Shown: positions 38,975 through 52,109, numbered from the whole stretch's first letter. The stretch is DNA of 58,664 bases, filler included, from Sphacelaria rigidula (GCA_964200075.2; 4 parts of 4 records of this genome joined end to end with filler, not necessarily neighbours in it), one strand, 5' to 3'. The notes: generated by a model not told the origin, from the letters alone. Made by a program: numbers and translations.

Positions 38975-39660
38975 AGTAAAATATTGTTAATGAAACTAAA
39001 ATTCTTGGGTTCTTTGTAACTAAATGACCCTCAAGGTATCGTCAAAGGAACTCCTTTTAAAATTGTGCAACGGCGCCTTGTATTACAGACAACGAGGCGG
39101 CGACGAAATGAAGTGAGGAGAGGCGCAGCGATACTGTAAAAGTGATGAAGCTCAGGTCGGATCTTGGTATTCCGGTTGTTGGAATAAAAGCAAAACATCC
39201 GATCGGATTCTCGGCTTGTGCGTGCAACGTGGAATTTTTGTTCTGCATCCGTTCAATTTCTAGCCGCAAACGTTTAGAACGTCTTCTTCTTCAGCGGGGG
39301 TCCCGCTTCCAGGCGGCCGAATTTGACTTGCACCTTGCACCACCACTTTTTCTCTGCCCACATGAAAAGCAGTAGGCAACAAGATGATACAGCGGTGCAT
39401 GTCACAAGTTTGAGGTAGACTGGTGGACTGCAATGAATGTCCACTTTCAGGCTACGAGCTGGGCCAGATGGCAGTGATTTTTGAATGTATCCTGGCGATG
39501 CGGTTGGTAATTCAAAGAGTGGGGCGCTGAAATTTTGACATGGCATTTTTATCATCACCCCGCGCAACATTATCGGGTGCGGAGAAAAAAAAGGAAGGAA
39601 GTTAAAGCGAGTTCAAGTTTCAGCGAAACAGTAAAAATGCCATACCTCCGTGAAAAATTG

Positions 39661-40395
39661 CAAGGGTGGGTCAAGTAGAGCATGTACTTTTGAGTACTCG
39701 AGTAAAAATACTTGAGTATTTACTGTACTCCACGTTTGAGTAGGTCGAGTACGGCCTCGAATACTCTACTTAAATTTTGAGTAGGTCGAGCACGGCCTCC
39801 AATACTATACTCAAGTGTTGAGTAGGTTGAGTACGACCTCAAATGCTCTACTAAAATGTTTAGTACGCACTTTCAGTAATACTTGAGTATAGAGTATCAT
39901 ATGTGTATGACCTCAATACTCTACTCAACTTTTGAGTAGGTCGAGTACGACCTCAAATGCTCTACTCAAATATTTAGTACGCACTCTCAGTAATACTTGA
40001 GTATAGATTATCACTTGATGAGTATGGTCTCAATAATCTACTCAAATTTTGAATAGGTTAAATACGGCCTCCAGTACTCTACTCAAGTATTGAGTAGGTT
40101 TAGTACGGCCTCCAATACTCTACTCAAATTTTGAGTACGTCGAGTATGATCTCAAATACTCTACTCAAATTTTGAGTAAGCCCTCTCAGCAATACTCGAG
40201 TACAGAGTATCACATAAGTATGACCTCAATACTCTACTCATTTTTTGAGAAGGTTGGGAATGATCTCAAATGCTCTACTCGAATAATTGAGTAGGTTGAA
40301 TACGATATCAAATACTCTACTCAAACTTTGAGTACTAAAACTATGACTATTCAAAAATACTGAGTATTGAGTATACTCTACTCGGCCTACCCTTG
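39661..40395. mobile_element. Non-autonomous DNA transposon (735 bp; hAT- or P-like) with 8-bp TSD, built from palindromic 39-40-bp repeats
   Basis: TIR CAAGGGTGGGTCAAGTAGAGCAT vs reverse complement CAAGGGTAGGCCGAGTAGAGTAT. TSD AAAAATTG at 39653-39660 and 40396-40403. Interior units AATACTCTACTCAAATTTTGAGTAGGTCGAGTACGGCCTC. Confidence 0.9.
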
Positions 40396-43300
40396 AAAAA
40401 TTGCTAAATATGGCTGCACCCCGGACAATAATGTTGTGGGCACTCGCGTCCAGGACATCCTAGCGAAATTTTGTGTGACACGGCCGCGCCCCTTTAATAC
40501 GAGTGATATCACAGGAGACGCCAGTGGTGGCGGTTATGAGTTCGGATCCCGACACATTCTCTTTTTGTTCGTTCCGTCGTAAAGGTTATATATCATGCAG
40601 TACATTTGTTTCAGTCTTTTTCTTCATCCAGCGGCGTTGCCGTGGGTATGCAGTTCACAGCACTATTATGCTCAAGTCGCGCTGATTTCGGAAACTGGAG
40701 AAGTTGTGGCGTGGAACGCGAATGCGGGATTTACTGCTGGCCGAGCTCGTATTCTTCCTCCAGTCGCCTCCTCCATGCCAATGCAGAAGTAAGGACCAGT
40801 AGTAAGTGTATGGTGGAAGCGTGGGGAAACATAAGCCCTACTGTTTTGCACGTTTTTCTCTTTAAGATCTGTTCGCATCTTCCTTTCATTTCAGCGAGCG
40901 CACATGCCTTCAAGCTTGCGCAACAATAAGCCAGACTCATGGTGTTCCGGCAGCAGTGATAGTACAAAGCCGTACGCATCAAAGAATATGTCCATCAGTC
41001 TTCAACATGCGAGATGTCCATTCTCTATTTCCTGCGTGATGACATCTCAGTGGCGCCTGCGTTCACGAGTCGGAGACCCACGACTTGGCGACGGTCGCGC
41101 CTTGAGCGTGTGCCACTTGTCCGCCGGCACTGCCCGACATGACCACCAAATAGCAGCACCACGACTGCTGCACGGAGTATGTGAGGTTAAAACAGTACCC
41201 ACTCACAGTAGCTGCATTGACACCGCTTTTTCGGAGATGTCCAGAACTTGATGTGAGCGCCACGGCGTACACACAGAGCAGCCCTCCGAAGTGCTGCGTT
41301 GCAGTCCAAATTTTTCAGTCTTCAGCCTTCCCCCCGGCGGCTATGCTGCGGTCGTGTTGTGTATTACAGCAGCGTGGATGAGAGTATTTGGTGCGCAACA
41401 TAGGTAGCTCTAGGAGTTCAGTATCCCATGATACCTTCGTCGGCGTTTCTACCTGGTTCTTGTTATAATGATGGGAATGGCTAATGCACTGGCTGAGGGC
41501 TCTCAGTACGAGTACCAGGAGATACCATTGGGCTCAGCTAACCCAAGCTCTCACGTGCGCACACCGTACGACCTATCTATAGCTATCCATCATGAACAAT
41601 CACAGAGTAGGTTCATTCATGTATACTGCTGATCGGGAACTCACGTGAATCATAGCGTCATGTTATATCTACAAGCAGCTCTCTTACTCAGTACAGCCGG
41701 GGCGCAAACATAGGAGCAGAGCGTAGTGATGGCCCAGGGTAGAGACCAAGGCAAGGCAGTAACTGGTTGAGATGGGTCCTGGCCGCGGCCGGACAATCCT
41801 AACGAATGACAATAGCAAACGCAGTAACAACGCGTCACGGAATCCAGGATATACGAGCAGACCCGCACATCGTGATATCTTACTGCCACCAACCTTCATC
41901 ACACTAGCCCATCCTAGACGAGTCGTGCAGTTGAATCATCATCACCTCGGCAAAATGTAACTGCGCCGAGGAACTTGAAACTTCAACGAGAAAGGGCTCT
42001 TCTACACTACACCCGTACAAAAGCATGAAGCGAAGAAAAAATAATTAGATACTCTCCCACACCTCTCATAGGCGAGCATCGCTGCGATCCGACACATCAA
42101 ACGTTCAATCCACAAGAAGGAAAACGGTGTATCTATGTGACACTCATTACCCATGTAGCAAGACAACACACACGCAAGTCCATCTACAAAGTAAAGCACT
42201 AAATGGTACGCACGCGTAGACTTCATCCACCCACTGAACAAGGAGGGAATGCCAGACAATCCGGGAAGAGGGGAGGGAAAACGCAGTTGTTGCGGCGTAG
42301 CATCGCGACAACTCCTCTGGTTGGGCGCAGATCCAAGTGAGCTTCACGTCTTTGTCCGACTCCGTCCTGACACATCCGTCGCGTATAGCGAGAGTGGCAT
42401 CCCGCTCGTTCCCGTGGCAGGGCGTTTGAAGTATCAAACCTACCTTGAAAAAGGCGTGCAACGTGAAGTACAATGCGATGGGGGGGGGGACTACGCAGCA
42501 ACAGGGAGATAAAAGCGGGGATGCAGCCGAAGTTTAGATTTGGTGTGCCCGGAGTACGAAATTCAAAGTCCTGCGGGAGTGGGCACGAGCCCATCCAAGA
42601 CGACACTCAGGGTAAAAGCTAAGGTCGTTGGTGAGAACTCTTCGTTCAGCTCGGTGGATCAACTATCGCGCGTTATGAGAAAAAACTTAGTGTCAATTAA
42701 TAAAAACAATTCGTCAGGACGCAATACCCAGCTCAAAGCAATCGTCCGGCGGAAAAACGGCCTACAACAAGGGCGGTATAATTAGCAGTACACGGTGTAA
42801 CCAAGGACCCGTGCAACAAGACGATGTAAGGGAGAACCCGAGCTCTCTTGGCTGGCGGCAGGGGGTTGAGCAGCGACAACAACAAATACATCCGGAGAAT
42901 GAGTCGTCAAAATTCTCGACAGGTGGGAGGCTGGGCTCGATCTACAGTCCTCTCATCGCGTAAAAAAGCTCGAAGACAAGAAAAAAACACTGAATGCTCA
43001 GGAGACACGGACAGAAATGCGGCAGCGACAAGAAATGCGGCAGCGACAAGAAATGCGACTACGGGTACTAGAAACGCAGTCACCAAGAAGGCGAACTCGG
43101 CCCAAAGAAACACGGTACCAAAACTTGTGAGGGGCCACAATGCAGCAAAGGGGAAGGGGGGGGGGGGGGCAGGATCTGATATCTGACCAGATCGGATTGG
43201 GGGATCCAACTCCGCCAAGGTGAGGGGGGCTACGATTTGATATCTGATCAGATCGGATGGAGGGGTTCTGAAATCCGCCAAGGTGAGTTCATCGCTCGCC

Positions 43301-43614
43301 GCATCGCCGAGGGATGTGGACGGTGTGCCGTAGCAACTCAAGTATAGGCCTACGATACAACCGGTGTTGGGGGGTACGATCTGATATCTGACCAGATCGG
43401 GGGGGGGGGGGGAGGGTGCAGGGGGGAAGGTGCTGGGAAGCAGCTAGGGTAGCGGCATATGGAACGGGCACGTGGGCTGTGTCCGAAGGCGTCTCTTCTA
43501 CAAGGCAAAAGTTTGAGCTCGAGTATTATTTCCACAGTACAGCAAAATATTATACTTTACACTGATGAGGGAGGACATGGTGCGCGAGAAAACCCTGCGC
43601 GGTTACGGAGCCAT

Positions 43615-43910
43615 TTCTCTCTCCTCGACAAGGGGCGGGGACCATCTGATACTACAAGGAAAAGCTCAATCGGGCCGGAATGAAGTGATGTCAAACATCA
43701 TGGGGTGGTCACGCAAAACTTGTGGGCTTCCATCCGAGGGCAAATTTTGTCGCTAAAACCACAGTAATCCCGACGGGAGTCATCTGTAAATACAGGAAAA
43801 CGTCAATCAGGCCTGACTGAAGTGATATGGGTAAACATCGGGGGGGGCGGTCACGCAGAACTTGTGGGCTTACATCCGAAGGCAATTTTTGTCGCTAAAA
43901 CCACAATTCG
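43615..43910. repeat. Diverged tandem duplication, about 140 bp x2
   Basis: CATCTG..A.TACA.GAAAA..TCAATC.GGCC...TGAAGTGAT...GGTCACGCA.AACTTGTGGGCTT.CATCCGA.GGCAA.TTTTGTCGCTAAAACCACA occurs twice. Confidence 0.8.
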
Positions 43911-43975
43911 TCAGTTAACAGGGTTGCCAGAAAAATGAGAACGTATTTTGAAATGAGAATCAACCACTCCCCGGG

Positions 43976-44075
43976 NNNNNNNNNNNNNNNNNNNNNNNNN
44001 NNNNNNNNNNNNNNNNNNNTTAATTAATTAANNNNNNNNNNNNNNNNNNNNNNNNNNNNNNNNNNNNNNNNNNNN
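43976..44075. other. Artificial contig-joining linker (N44-TTAATTAATTAA-N44)
   Basis: Same 100-nt structure as the other two linkers. Confidence 0.97.
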
Positions 44076-44099
44076 GTACGTCAATGCACGTACGTCACC

Positions 44100-44275
44100 T
44101 CAAAAAAATCGGGGGAGTCACGATCTCGGAGCGGTTTTCCCCGATTTTTCCCGAAAAATCGGGGAAAACCGTTCCGAACTCGTGACCCCCGATTTTTTCG
44201 GCCCCGATGTGACCCAAATCGGTGTCCATAAAATACGTTCCCCGATTTTTTTTCCCCCGATTTTGAAAAAATCAA
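44100..44275. repeat. Cluster of CCCCGATTTTT / AAAAATCGGGG motifs in both orientations (transposon subterminal-like)
   Basis: At least 7 copies within 175 bp at the contig start. Confidence 0.6.
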
Positions 44276-44639
44276 GATTCGTGCTTGCCATAAAAGTGGG
44301 TCTAACCTCTATGAAAAAAATAAAAAATGGAAGGCCCATTTTTTTTTATTCGGCACTCTTTTGTGGTTCTCCACACCAAAATTCGTCGTCATCCACAAAA
44401 TGCATCGATCGAGAGTTTCATAGAGTTTATTATTGGCGCATTCTCCCTTAGGTATACGAACTACTAGACCTAGGGTTTAATCAACGAGAAAATATGGGCC
44501 CAAACTTTTGAGCAGATGGGCACCTTCCCTTTGATTNNNNNNNNNNCGATGTGCGGATCACGGCCCAACTCGTCTGTGTCGATGATATTTTGCTTTTAGA
44601 GCTTAAATCCGTTTTCAGGCTGGCCCAGCTCGTATCGCT

Positions 44640-46700
44640 ATTTTCAATCCCACATCACGATAAGCAGGCAATACCCGCACATCACAATAAGCAAAAGTGG
44701 CATTGGAAACTTCGCCGGTGATAATTGCGTGCTTTGGTACTTCGCAGAAACGCCATAGCTGCTCATCAGCTGTGCACGTTGTTCTCCGTCGAGGGAAGGG
44801 CATCTGTTCATGCAGTGATTGTTTATTCAAACTGATGCCAGTTCCACAGACTATTAATGGTCGCGGTCATACAGTGACCATGTCGCCCAGATCTGTTCGA
44901 AATCCAATGCGAAAAATAGAGGCCGTTTTTTCTCCCTTAGAGCTAGTGCGCGAGGGTAGATCATCTGGTCATGCAGTGATTTTTCAAGTAAAAATGATGC
45001 CGATTCCACGGACTACCCACGATCGCGGTTGAACAGTTACCTTATCATCTCGGACGCCCAAATCCACCGATATGTCAGCGAGGAAATCGATAAAATGGAA
45101 CGCATCACGTCGAAACACCATGCAGAACACAGCCCGGGAAGCAAAACCCAAGCAGAGCATGAAGGCACCGAAATGTCTAGCGACTGCTCATCAGCTGTGC
45201 ACGTTGTTCTCCCTTAGAGCTAGTCCGCGAGGGTAGGTCATCTGGTAATTCAGTGATTCTTCAAGTAAACCTGATGCCGATTCCACAGACTATCAACGGT
45301 CGCGGTGGAACAATTACGATGTCATCGCGGACGCCCAAAGGGCTCACCGACACACCAGCGACGACATACATCAAACGGAACGCATCGCAACGTCAAAACA
45401 CCATGCCATATCACAATAAGCAGGCAATACCCGCAACGTGATGGATATATAACTGAGGAACACAACATGTAATGTACACAATCGACGAACAACTGACAGT
45501 AGGGACCGTGGAAAGCAGGGTAAAAAATGATGTTTTTCAAGTTGAGAAACGACCCGAAAAATATGTTCGCGAGAGACATGATGAAAAGTGGCATCGGAAA
45601 CTTCGCGGCTCATGATAAAAAGTGTCCTGCGTGGAGGAACGACCCGAAGTTCGCGGGTCATGATGAAAAGTGTTCTGACAACAACACAGGGAACAGATAT
45701 ATTCGAGAGAATGGTGAAAAATGGTATCGGAAACTTTGCGGCTGCTACAGCACGAAAAAAAAAGGATCAAGAAGAGACGATGATGAGTTGCGCGCGAATC
45801 GGTAATGGCAGCAAAAGTGGCATCGGAAACTTCGCCGGTGATAATTGCGTGCTATGATAGCACAGACGTTCTGTTCTGTACACTGAGAGAGTTAGCGGCT
45901 CATGCTCGCCGTCATCTAAAAGCAAGTGAAAAAAGTACACCTGTCTCAGAGCTTGTGGCAACGATTCTGACAGGAAACGTACAAAACGGCGGAGCGATTG
46001 AAAGGCCTGTGTGCGGTGGAAAAAACGGCGGAACGCTTACGGATGTGAAATGGATGAAGATACCATGCAACGCACTGCCGGGAAAGCGATGCTCCTGAAA
46101 CCTCCGAAAGCAAAATGTCTAGCGGAATGGAAGCGGAAAACGTGTACTTTAAAATCAAGTAATGCTTGTAAGAGGTTGAGAGAACCGGGCAGAGACGCTG
46201 GGAAAGCCCACGACTCATGACAGCAGAGACGTTCTGTTCTGGGCTCTGTTCTGTACACCGGGAAAGCTAGCGACTCACTACATTACGGGGAAATGCTCGG
46301 TTCTCAGAGCTTCTGTGAACGTTCTGGGATTCTGACAAAAAACGGCGGAGCGATTGGAAGGCCTGTATGCGGTGTGAGGTAGACGAACAAAGGGTGGACG
46401 AACGAAGGGTCTACTTTGACGGCGAGGAAAGAATGGCGGAAGGAAATGGATGAAAACACCATGCAGAACACTGCCGGGAAAGCGATAAAAGCGATGCTCC
46501 CGGATCGACCTGAGGCGAAATATCTAGCGAAATGGGAGCGGAAAACGTGTAATCAAGTGTGAGAGGTCGAGAGAACGATATGACCCCGTTTCGCTGTACT
46601 TCGCTGTACTCTAGAATCAAGTAAGAGGCAATACTGGCTTCTCAGAGCTTCTGGGAGAATGAAATGGGCGCGAAAAAATGCACTCTAAAATCAAGTGAAA
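44640..46700. repeat. Mosaic of internally duplicated modules
   Basis: AAAAGTGGCATYGGAAACTTCGCCGGTGATAATTGCGTGCT at 44694 and 45813; CTGCTCATCAGCTGTGCACGTTGTTCTCC at 44759 and 45184; AAAACGGCGGAGCGATTG at 45983 and 46339. Confidence 0.7.
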
Positions 46701-46735
46701 AAATGAACAAGAGGTGCACCTGCATCCAAGGCTCT

Positions 46736-49700
46736 TCAACGGCGAGAAAGATAAATGAAGTAATTGATGTATATACTGAGCATCTCAGTTTTGGTGAGGG
46801 TAGGCGACAAAACAGACAAGTCCCGCTCCATTTGGCAACTGGTGCTGTTCACGCAGAGGTAGACCCGTGCCAGTGCAGACAACAGCGGGAACTTCGGCCC
46901 CTCGATGACCGAGCCGCCCCCATCCAACACGGGGCGCCCCCCAATGCGCCGGTAAGCGATGGCATCCAGGTGGGCGTCGGCAGCCGGCGCAATGTTGTCT
47001 TAGGCCACCATCTCCTTCCGCAAGTGGGCAAAAATGATCATGGATGACCTCGCCACCTGGACGCCGGCGGCTTTGTTTATGGCGGCGGCGCGACTAGCCT
47101 CACGCTCCTCGAACAGGCTCCGTGGGCGCTACGGTGCATGCTCCCCATCGCTGCCCGCCGCCCCATCAATAGAAGTAGCTGTCTCCCTGCTACCCAGCTC
47201 ACTGTCCATCGCCTTGCCTAGCGCGACCGGCGCCTCCTTCGCCTTGTCGCGCGAAGTGTGGTCGTCAATCTCCGCTGAATACCCGTTTCCGCACACCGAG
47301 TCGTCCATTGTTTTGTAGCGCGGGTCCAGGTGGATAGCGAGGATCTCCACGGTGGTGGAAGCCACATTGACCTTGCGACCCTTGGGCTGCTCGATGCAGA
47401 CAGATGCCGCCTTTTGCACTGGGGCCTGGAGGTCATCGACGGACTGCACCTCATGGACCGGTGTCTCCCCCACCCCCCGTCTTGGCCTCCCCCACCTTTT
47501 TGAAGTCGACAATCCCCATCTCTACGGAGGTGAAGATGTCAACCAGCTGGTGGAACGGGTAGATAGTCCGGCTGAGGATGCTGTCAATGCCGCCCTGGAC
47601 ACCGATCATCACTCGCTCCGCGTACTCCACCACGTGGCAGAGCTCTTTCACGACCGCTCAGTCGGTCGGCGAGGGCCCGCGGTGCGCATTCTGTTTTTTT
47701 TTGGCAGGGGTACTAGGCTATGGACCTTTCCAGGACGATCAAACGCACAAGCTGCGAAGCCCACCTGGCATCCATTGTGGCGTACACACGCGGGTGTGAT
47801 CGGCGAGACAGCCATGAGCAACTGATTATGTTTTTATTTTGACAACACGTTGATCGAATTGATGTTGTCACTCTTACTGATTCCCGACGACAAGCTGTGG
47901 TTGCCACACAGACAGAAGACTTCAAGGTATAGCAAACAAGGAAAATTAAGACAGAAATACCACGAAAGAAAATCTAGACAAACGCTCCAATAATAGAAGG
48001 ACAAATAGATACAGGACAACCCAAACAAACGGAAACATCCGACAAAAACCAGAAGCGCGCACGAGACGACGGCAATTAAAACTGAACGGTTTCACAGTGC
48101 AACCCCACAAGTCACATTTTCCTTCCTGCGGGTAAGCTTACCTGGTGTCATTGAGCCTCACTAGGCTCAGGATGTCGAACTTGATCTCCAAGTTCGTTGG
48201 TTCCTCGCTACATGAAGTAATCTCTTTCACCCTTTGCAGGAACTCGCCTCGTGCCAGAGTGATGCCCGCCGCCTCGGCCACCATGGTTTCCCCTTCTTCC
48301 TTCATCTCTTGCTCCCTAACTTTACGCTGGACTGCTCGCAGAGCATCGCTGTTGACAGCAGAAGGGCTGAACACGCCGACCAACGCGGCGGCTCTCTGGA
48401 TTAGCTCCTCCATGTCCTTGTTATGGCACCGAGCGCCTGAGCTGGCGATCCCAAGCATCCACACCACAGCCGAATTGATCCAGTGGGCGCGACAAGGAAG
48501 TACGGGGACGTCGAGAGATATGCAGGCGTTGACTGCGTCCCCCCCCTGGTCTACTGTCGCTGCCACGAGCACATGTTTAGGTGTGACGTTGTCGATGAAG
48601 GACCTAAACGTGTCTGCGGTCACCTGCGGGAATTGGACACAAGTGCAGGGTGGTGTTCATGTACAAAACCATGATTTGCTTCGAAAATTTATTGTTGGAC
48701 TGGCAAGGCGTAGCAGGCCAGAGGACTAACGTTTGTATCCACACCGTTCATCATACTTTATACTACTGTTGAGAAAAAGAATAATAATATCATCACAGCG
48801 CATAAGCTGACCACTGGCCTTGTATCGGCAGCAATACAGTGGGCGCAACGCATGAAAAAGCGAGCCACTCGCGACTGCAGGAGATGAAGCTGTGGACAAA
48901 CTCCAATTTTCGAATTTCGACCTCATAATATAGGCCGTTTCCCCCGATTTAGTCCTTTATATTTCGTTGGGCTCGTATTCTTCACTTTATGGACGTTTGG
49001 CAAGGGTTTTGACTCCCGAACAGAAAAAATCGCCCTCCCCAGACACGTCTTGGACACTTTTGCATCACCCTACCCAGAGGAGACTACCCCACTTTTCCAA
49101 ATCGCTCGGGTCGGAGATTTTGAGGGCGGCCTCTGGACAAAAATACAAGTGAAGAAAAATGCGGTGTCTGTAGTTCGAATTACGAGAAATATCTGCGATT
49201 GTGAGGAGGCGCTTTTCCCTGTTCGGGAGTCAAAAACCTCATCAAATGTCCCAAAAGGGGAAAATACGAGCCCAACAAAATATCAAATACAAGCCGGGGG
49301 GAACGGCCTCATGAACGTATTCTGGGTAACATATAGGAAGTGAAGAGCAAAGCTGACCCCGAACACGGCTAGTTCTACCGCCGTAAATTTTGTAAGCAAT
49401 ATATTTAGTTCTCTCGCCGCTTTGATCCACCGTGACGTGTCGGCTTCCTTGTGTGTGCCAGGAAATACGCGCGTCGCCAAACTGACGCGCTCCACCTTGG
49501 TGCTGCCCAGAAAAAATCAATGACGCTCATGCTGTGCACAGAACTCTTGGTTGGCCACAGTAGTCAGATGAGGCTGCAGGCTTCAGAAGCCCCCGGAGTG
49601 CCCGGTCATGCGGTACTCTTCATGCGCTGTCTTGAGGGCCCCGACAACGCCGTTATTATATTTCTGAGGTTAGGTCGTCGGGAAGCTTGTTGAGCGTCGA

Positions 49701-51344
49701 TTTCGCCGGGGTTACCCCGGCGTAATCCGGCGCAAACTCCGCGATGAGCATGACACCGACATCGTGGAAGGTTGCCCACGGTCGACCGTTCACGACGCAC
49801 CGTATGACAAGCTTGCGGCGCAGGTGCTTCCGGTCTTCCGATGTGAACATAGGGCGCATCCTGCTCAAAATAAAATAAAAGTTATCCTTCCCAGAGGTCT
49901 GCTCTCCTGCAGTTGGGCAGACGATGCCACAAGGAAACGAAAGCATACAACACGCATGGAGAGGAGTTTGAGCTTCGTAGGGTAAAGCGTGCGAGTATGA
50001 CATATGTTGTCCTGATAAAGTAGAGTACACAACACTCAAAAATAAATGAATGACTTTTTCGCGCGAAAAATGTGAAATCAAGGGGTGCACGCAGGATCCG
50101 AACCAGCAGGGTAATGGCACGTATATGTGTATCATACAATAGTAGTACATTACAGTATATTTGGAACGGTACACAGATGACGACTGGAAACTAAAGACCG
50201 CGAAGTCCAGTACGGCAGTCTTTAGTACAACAATACACAAGTAGAAAGAAGAACGTAGAACGTACACCACACGATACATGTACGGTATTGTCGTCGGTGC
50301 ATTTGTTTGGAGTACAGCCGCACTGTATGTCTGCACTACAGAGCCGTAGCACAGTACAGTACAGTATAGTACAGTCGTACACCACTGCAGCGGGAGTAAT
50401 AGTATCGCATGATACACACGCTTGTATCATGCATTTGTACACTACTGTATTTTGTTATTCTGACGACCACGGATCTAAAAAAGACAAGAGGCCTGGAATG
50501 CAAATGAAAAACAGGCAAACCCTGTACACCCAGTACAGTACACAGGGTGCTTCTAAGTCTGTAGTACGTACCCTTCGACCAACTTGTACTATGTTGCATG
50601 CGTATAGGGCACAGCCGCTGCAACATAAAGTTTGGTACAGGACGTAGCAGAGTACACTGGACCTGCTATGTCAGCACTGTTGTACGAGCATTGTAACTTG
50701 TAACAGCGCCATACCGTCATGAACAAGTGCCTACCGCAAAGCAAAAATAGGAAAGAGAACCACTTGCTTCTGACATCATCACTGTGGCTTCTTTCCGGCG
50801 TTTAGCTGTACTGCCATCCTCTCATATCACACACACACACATACATACATACACCCTGCTCCCGCTTCTCCTGTCGCTGATGGGGCCCTCTGGAGGATGC
50901 TTCCCCTCTCGCGCTGTGCTGCGCTGGAGTGTACGCTCAAAGCCATACACATCTTGTACACTTTGTCGTAATTTCTCTTCGTGTGGTCCGACACGACGCC
51001 TGTTCCGTTATTGGATACGTATTTCGTGAGGTGGCCGCACCGGTCTCCCTTCGACGTCAATACTCAGCAGATGACGTTCTTGTCGTTAGACAAGGCGGGC
51101 AAGAGTTGGGTCACGTACGTCCAGAGCGGTGACACAGTACCCTGACGACTTCGTGTGGCGACATTCACTTTTTGCGCTCGTTTTGCACGATGATCAATGA
51201 TCGTGTTGGCCATGAGGCAGGCGAGTAGTCGGTACTGCTGTTTGCCGTTGCGGTAGACGCTGTAGCTGCAGGCAACTGCCGAGATTGGCTGGAGGCTGCG
51301 GCACCCCATAGTTGTGGACCCGCCGATGCCCCCACTGGATCCAT
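46736..51344 (-). pseudogene. Degenerate intron-containing hAT transposase with N-terminal BED zinc finger
   Basis: BED-like SPLWTYV...NVIC*...RCGH...GTGVVSDH (about 51135-50960, in-frame TGA at 51064-51066). RVFPGTH (about 49460); TVDQGG, CRAHWIN and RLNDTR (48623-48140); LDPRYK (about 47320); dimerisation-domain-like FPLLSALARVYLCVNSTSCQMERDLS (about 46900-46815). Several stops and frameshifts. Confidence 0.85.
48932..49309. mobile_element. MITE with about 110-bp imperfect TIRs, nested in the hAT element
   Basis: AGGCCGTTTCCCCCG...GTTGGGCTCGTATT...TTTTGACTCCCGAACAG mirrored by CTGTTCGGGAGTCAAAA...AATACGAGCCCAAC...GGGGGGAACGGCCT. TSD not resolved. Confidence 0.8.
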
Positions 51345-51349
51345 GTCAT

Positions 51350-51904
51350 GTACTTACTGCACGTGCACGTGACGTGAACGGTTACGTCACACCCGATGTC
51401 TTCCATTGATATGAATGTGGATGATTCTGATTTGTTAATGATGATGTGCTGCAACGATGTCTGGCGCGGAGCGCGCGATTCCCTGAAATAGTATGCCCCA
51501 TACCATACGGTCACCCAAACTCACTCGTGTTCATTGAAGCAGAATGTTCCAGGATTTCAAACTCGATTGCAATCTTGAAGTGTGCATTACTTCATGTAAC
51601 GTGTTTATGACGTTTTATGAAGCGTGTGACGTCCAATACACGTGTTACGTGCGTGTAATGAACGTCACACACTCTATGAAACGTTTCATATTACGTGTTT
51701 CGAACGTCTGGACAACTCAGCGGTCAGGTTACGTTCCGTTTGGCACGGTAAAAATCCACGTTACGTGCACTCTATCGTGGAAGTTATCACGGTTACGTTA
51801 CGGTCATCAGGTGGAAAAACGTTAATGTTCACGTTACGTATTGGCCAAAATGTTACGTGAACGTGACGTGTAACGCTGTGCCACGTGTGACATGTATAAC
51901 CCTG
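51350..51904 (-). mobile_element. Probable 5' terminus and subterminal repeats of the hAT element
   Basis: Minus strand begins CAGGGTTATACATGTCACACGTGG (hAT-like CAGGG start), followed by dense GTTACG/CACGT motifs. Partner TIR not found in the contig. Confidence 0.6.
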
Positions 51905-52109
51905 GAAATTACCAACTGAGGCACCGGGGCGACCGGCTCATAGAGATGCAGAGGGACTTCCGGCTTCTTTCCGCGCAGCACTCGTGGTCGGTCGCACGCC
52001 ATACCTCCAACGATGAAATGCATTGCCTGCCCTTCACGACATATTTACGGGCACAGCAAAGGTAGTCGAAGCTGACAGTATTGGCACACTCTACACTGAG
52101 CATCCCAGA

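Noticed and set aside
39700..40380. CRISPR array
   Set aside because: Units are contiguous degenerate tandems without unique spacers, enclosed by TIRs and a TSD, with no cas genes, in eukaryotic DNA.
49656..50417. 253-aa hydrophobic ORF as a membrane protein
   Set aside because: Its 5' two-thirds is low-complexity intron-like sequence; only the last part is hAT transposase.
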